This document shows positions 59,655 to 64,000 of a stretch of 64,000 bases of DNA, in pieces. Positions within the stretch are counted from its first letter, which is position 1, and each line of letters starts with the position of its first letter. A program made the translations under genes and the position numbers. The notes under the pieces were generated by a model. It had not been told where the DNA came from, did no database searches, and saw only the letters and a list, made by a program, of their open reading frames with translations. This stretch comes from an uncultured bacterium (GTDB lineage Bacteria > Verrucomicrobiota > Kiritimatiellia > PWTM01), in the NCBI GenBank assembly GCA_963744655.1, contig CAVUUJ010000002.1:2028005-2092004 (forward strand), given 5' to 3'.

Positions 59655-61217
59655 TCAGGAGCCGGCGGGAAACGCGGTGCCGGCGGAGGGAGTCGCCGCG
59701 GCGTCCGGCGCGAGGGCGGCGCGGTAGACGGCGAGCCGCTGCTCGATGCTCGCGGCCACCGCGCTCTCATCCATGGCCCGTGCCATGTTCAGTCCCTGCA
59801 CGGCCGTTTCGACGGCGCCTTCCCGCTGGCCGACCTCGAAGAGGGCCGCCGCGAGGGTGTCGAGGATGCGGGGGTCTTCGCCGGCCAGTTCCCGGGCCTG
59901 GCGCGCGAGGGCAAGGGCCTCCTCGGCATCGCGGAGGTCCGGGCGCTCGTGCGTGGCCAGCGCCCAGGCGAGGTTGTTCATGGCGACGGGGGAGTGCGGG
60001 GTCTCCGCGAGCGCGGCGCGCAGCCGCTCCACGTCCTTGCCGCCCCGGGGCACGGCGGCCGGTCCGCCTTCCGCCCGCGGGACCGCGGGGGCCCGGGTCC
60101 CGCTTCCGGCTTTCGCCGCCCCGGGGGCCGGCGCCGCTTCGCCGCGGGCGAGCACGGCGAGTCGCTGCCGCATGTCCGTCCGGTCGCTGGACCTCACGTA
60201 CGCCTCTTCCGGCTCGATCACGCCCTCCCTGGCCAGGCGGAACAGCTCGTCGTTCAGCACCTGCATGCCGTACTTCCGGCCCGTCTGCATGACGGATTCG
60301 ATCTGGTGCATCTTGCCGTCGCGGATGAGGCTGGACAGGGTCGTCGTCGCGGTGAGGATTTCGAGCGCGGCGACGCGGCCGCCGTCCCGGCGCCGGCACA
60401 GGGTCTGGGCGACGACGGCCTTGAGCGTGTCGGCCAGCATCGTGCGGATCTGGTTCTGGCGCTCGCCGGGGAACTTGCTGACGAGCCGGTCGACCGTCTC
60501 GGGTGCCGTGGACGTGTGCAGCGTGCCCATGACGAGGTGGCCCGTCTCCGCCGTTTCCAGCGCGACCTCGATCGTCTCGAGGTCCCGCATCTCGCCGATC
60601 ATCACGATGTCGGGATCCTCGCGCAGGGCCGCGCGCAGCGCCTGGGCGAACCCCCGGGTGTTCGAGCGCACTTCGCGCTGGTTGATCAGGCTCATGTGCG
60701 AGGGGTAGTGGAACTCCACGGGATCCTCGATCGTGATGATGTGCGCGGGCTGGGTGCGGTTGATGTGGTCGATCATCGCGGCCAGCGTGGTCGTCTTGCC
60801 CGACCCGGTGGGCCCCGTCACCAGCACGAGACCCTTCTGCAGCGCGCAGAGATCGCGCAGGATGGGCGGCATGCCCAGGGCTTCCAGCGTGGGGATCTCG
60901 TTCGGGATGAGGCGGACCACCGCACCGTGGCCGCGCTGATCGGCGAACACGTTCACGCGGAACCGCCCCAACTCCGGTACGGCGTAGGCGAAATCGGTGT
61001 CCTGGGCGCGTTCGAACTCTGCGAGGTTCTCCGCCGGCAGGATAGCGTTCAGCAGACGCTTCACGTCGTCGGCCGACAGCGGCGGCCGGTCGCGCAGGGG
61101 CAGCATGCTGCCGTCGATGCGCAGGTAGGCGTGCGACTGTGCCGACAGGTGCAGGTCGCTCGCCTTCCGCTCGACCATCAGCCGAAGCCACGCAAGGATA
61201 TCGGGTTCCGCGTTCAA
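59655..61217 (-). CDS. PilT-family type IV pilus/T2SS retraction-type ATPase with about 180-aa C-terminal TPR-like extension
   Basis: TTG 61217 is 6 nt after GGAGGG; an in-frame ATG 12 codons downstream is an alternative. 'ASDLHL', Walker A 'GPTGSGKTTTLAAMIDHIN', 'IITIEDPVEF' and 'GHLVMGTLHT'. The C-terminus has 'MNNLAWALATHERPD...' helical repeats. Confidence 0.75.
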   Translation of the reverse strand: MNAEPDILAWLRLMVERKASDLHLSAQSHAYLRIDGSMLPLRDRPPLSADDVKRLLNAILPAENLAEFERAQDTDFAYAVPELGRFRVNVFADQRGHGAVVRLIPNEIPTLEALGMPPILRDLCALQKGLVLVTGPTGSGKTTTLAAMIDHINRTQPAHIITIEDPVEFHYPSHMSLINQREVRSNTRGFAQALRAALREDPDIVMIGEMRDLETIEVALETAETGHLVMGTLHTSTAPETVDRLVSKFPGERQNQIRTMLADTLKAVVAQTLCRRRDGGRVAALEILTATTTLSSLIRDGKMHQIESVMQTGRKYGMQVLNDELFRLAREGVIEPEEAYVRSSDRTDMRQRLAVLARGEAAPAPGAAKAGSGTRAPAVPRAEGGPAAVPRGGKDVERLRAALAETPHSPVAMNNLAWALATHERPDLRDAEEALALARQARELAGEDPRILDTLAAALFEVGQREGAVETAVQGLNMARAMDESAVAASIEQRLAVYRAALAPDAAATPSAGTAFPAGS

Positions 61218-61244
61218 ACCGGTCCCTCCTGCCCGAACCCTTTG

Positions 61245-61260
61245 AGCACGGCGTGTGCCA
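61245..61260 (-). promoter_or_regulatory. sigma-54-like promoter upstream of the PilT-TPR gene
   Basis: The minus strand reads TGGCACACGCCGTGCT, with GG and GC at the correct -24/-12 spacing. It lies about 28 nt upstream of the TTG start. Confidence 0.45.
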
Positions 61261-61450
61261 CCTGCATAAACAGCCACCCTCCGGACGGCCCTCAGGAGCA
61301 CCGCCTGAGTCTCAACCCATTACGGAAAAGCGATTTAAAGTCACTGCTCTGCCGCGGATGCGTGGGTTGCGCCGTGTGAGGGCGGTCCGGAGGGGCGGGT
61401 GGGAGTGTTCGCTGGCGTTACACTGCCAGCAGCGCGGTGTGTGCGGCCGG

Positions 61451-62911
<1,461 letters not shown>

Positions 62912-63169
62912 GGTGCGCGTTCCCCCGGGCCCCGTCCGGGCGGCGTGCCCCGCGCGGCGGTTCGACGACCCGGTGCAGGCTAGGCCGGGGCGGACCCGGG
63001 CGTCAAGCGGCTTCGGCGCAACCGCTTGGCGCCGTGGCGGTGGGACGGCCCGCGGCGCCTCGGCCGGGGGGGGGCGGGCCGCGGGGAGCGCGCGCCGGCT
63101 TGACGCGGACGGCGGAAGAACGGAGGGTCCGCGGGGGGGCGAGGTGTCCCCGGGGGAAAGGGAAGGGCC

Positions 63170-64000
63170 ATGGAGTACAGGACGCTGGGACGGTCGGGTT
63201 TGAAGGTGAGCGCGGTGTCGCTGGGCTCGTGGCGGACGTTCGGGCAGACGGTGGACGACGCGGCGACGGAGGCCTGCATGGCGGCCGCGTACGACGCGGG
63301 CGTGAACTTCTTCGACGGCGCCGAGGCCTACGGGCGCGGCGATGCCGAGCGCGCCATGGGCCGGGTCTTCGCCGCGCGGCGCTGGCCGCGCGACACGCTC
63401 GTGGTGTCCAGCAAGGTGATCGCGGTGGGCGACCGGCCGACCCAGCGCGGCCTCTCGCGCAAGCACCTGGTCGAGGCGTGCGACGCGGCGCTTCGGCGGA
63501 TGGGCCTCGACTACCTCGACCTGTTCTTCTGCCACCGGCCCGACCCGGACACGCCCCTGGAGGAGATCGTCCATGCGATGAACGAGCTGATCGCGCGCGG
63601 CAAGATCTTCTACTGGGGCACGAGCGAGTTCAGCGCGGCGGACCTCGTCCGCCTCTACGCCATCGCGGAGCGCGACCGCCTCGTCGGGCCCTCGATGGAG
63701 CAGACGAACCACAGCCTGCTGAACCGCCGGCGGGTTGACGGGGAGCTCAAGCCCCTCTTCGAGGCCTACGGGCTGGGCACGACCATCTACTCGCCCCTGG
63801 CGGTGGGCGTCCTGACGGGCAAGTACAACGACGGCGTGCCCGCCGACAGCGCGGTGGCGCGGGGGGGCGAGGGGCTGCGCGCGCTGGTGAGCGAGGACCG
63901 CCTCGCCAAGGCGAGGCAGCTCGCCGCGCTGGCCGGCGACCTCGGCCTGACCCCCGGCCAGCTCGCGATCGCGTGGTGCCTGAAGAACCCGAACGTGAGC
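63170..64000 (+). CDS. aldo/keto reductase (Kv-beta/YajO-like), 3' end beyond window
   Basis: ATG 63170. 'RTLGRSGLKVSAVSLGSW', 'NFFDGAEAYGRGDAE' and 'IFYWGTSEF' are AKR motifs. No stop codon before the window end. Confidence 0.8.
   Translation, partial: MEYRTLGRSGLKVSAVSLGSWRTFGQTVDDAATEACMAAAYDAGVNFFDGAEAYGRGDAERAMGRVFAARRWPRDTLVVSSKVIAVGDRPTQRGLSRKHLVEACDAALRRMGLDYLDLFFCHRPDPDTPLEEIVHAMNELIARGKIFYWGTSEFSAADLVRLYAIAERDRLVGPSMEQTNHSLLNRRRVDGELKPLFEAYGLGTTIYSPLAVGVLTGKYNDGVPADSAVARGGEGLRALVSEDRLAKARQLAALAGDLGLTPGQLAIAWCLKNPNVS

Overview
The window is 64 kb of very high-GC (about 70%) bacterial chromosome, densely packed with roughly 60 genes and no long non-coding stretches. The gene content points to a diderm organism with an LPS inner core: gmhA, a PfkB heptose-type kinase, a GT9 heptosyltransferase, an MsbA-like exporter and LpoB-like lipoproteins. 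The many sigma-54 promoters, ECF/FecR pairs, prepilin-type proteins, a Bat-like MoxR/vWA cluster and bactofilin paralogs suggest a PVC-superphylum or myxobacteria-like lineage, but I cannot fix the taxonomy from sequence alone.

From left to right: a housekeeping block (tmk, holB, aroQ, accB, a heavily frameshifted accC, asp23, amaP-like, gmhA, a PfkB kinase), followed by a DUF393 oxidoreductase gene. Next is a cell-wall/shape neighbourhood of an LpoB-like lipoprotein operon diverging from two tandem bactofilins and a MurC/Mpl ligase. A MauE/rhodanese/Zn-ribbon operon then diverges from a PflX-like radical SAM gene, followed by argF and a frameshifted second transcarbamylase. The central stretch holds a heptosyltransferase gene, a LuxR-type response regulator, dapF, and an ECF sigma / FecR anti-sigma pair coupled to a 1562-aa Kelch + FG-GAP surface lipoprotein. 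It continues with a rhaA + class II aldolase pair flanked by 27-bp perfect direct repeats next to tRNA-Ala(CGC), two tandem Hsp20 genes behind a sigma-54 promoter, then trxB, an msbA-like ABC exporter, an AEC transporter, a DciA-like protein, rluA and a PA14/TPR protein.

The two most striking features are large and sit at the right-hand end. One is a 13.5-kb translationally coupled Bat-like module (DUF4159, FHA-fused MoxR ATPase, DUF58, two vWA membrane proteins, a 1096-aa membrane protein and a CBM-like secreted protein). The other is a sigma-54/NtrC-controlled pseudopilin module: a PilT ATPase with a TPR tail, a small pseudopilin, a 689-aa pseudopilin, a GspK-like protein and a stand-alone receiver, with a near-perfect sigma-54 promoter and a 16-bp palindromic upstream activator site.

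There are no CRISPR arrays, transposases or integrases. The large antisense ORFs in the track are GC-frame artefacts.
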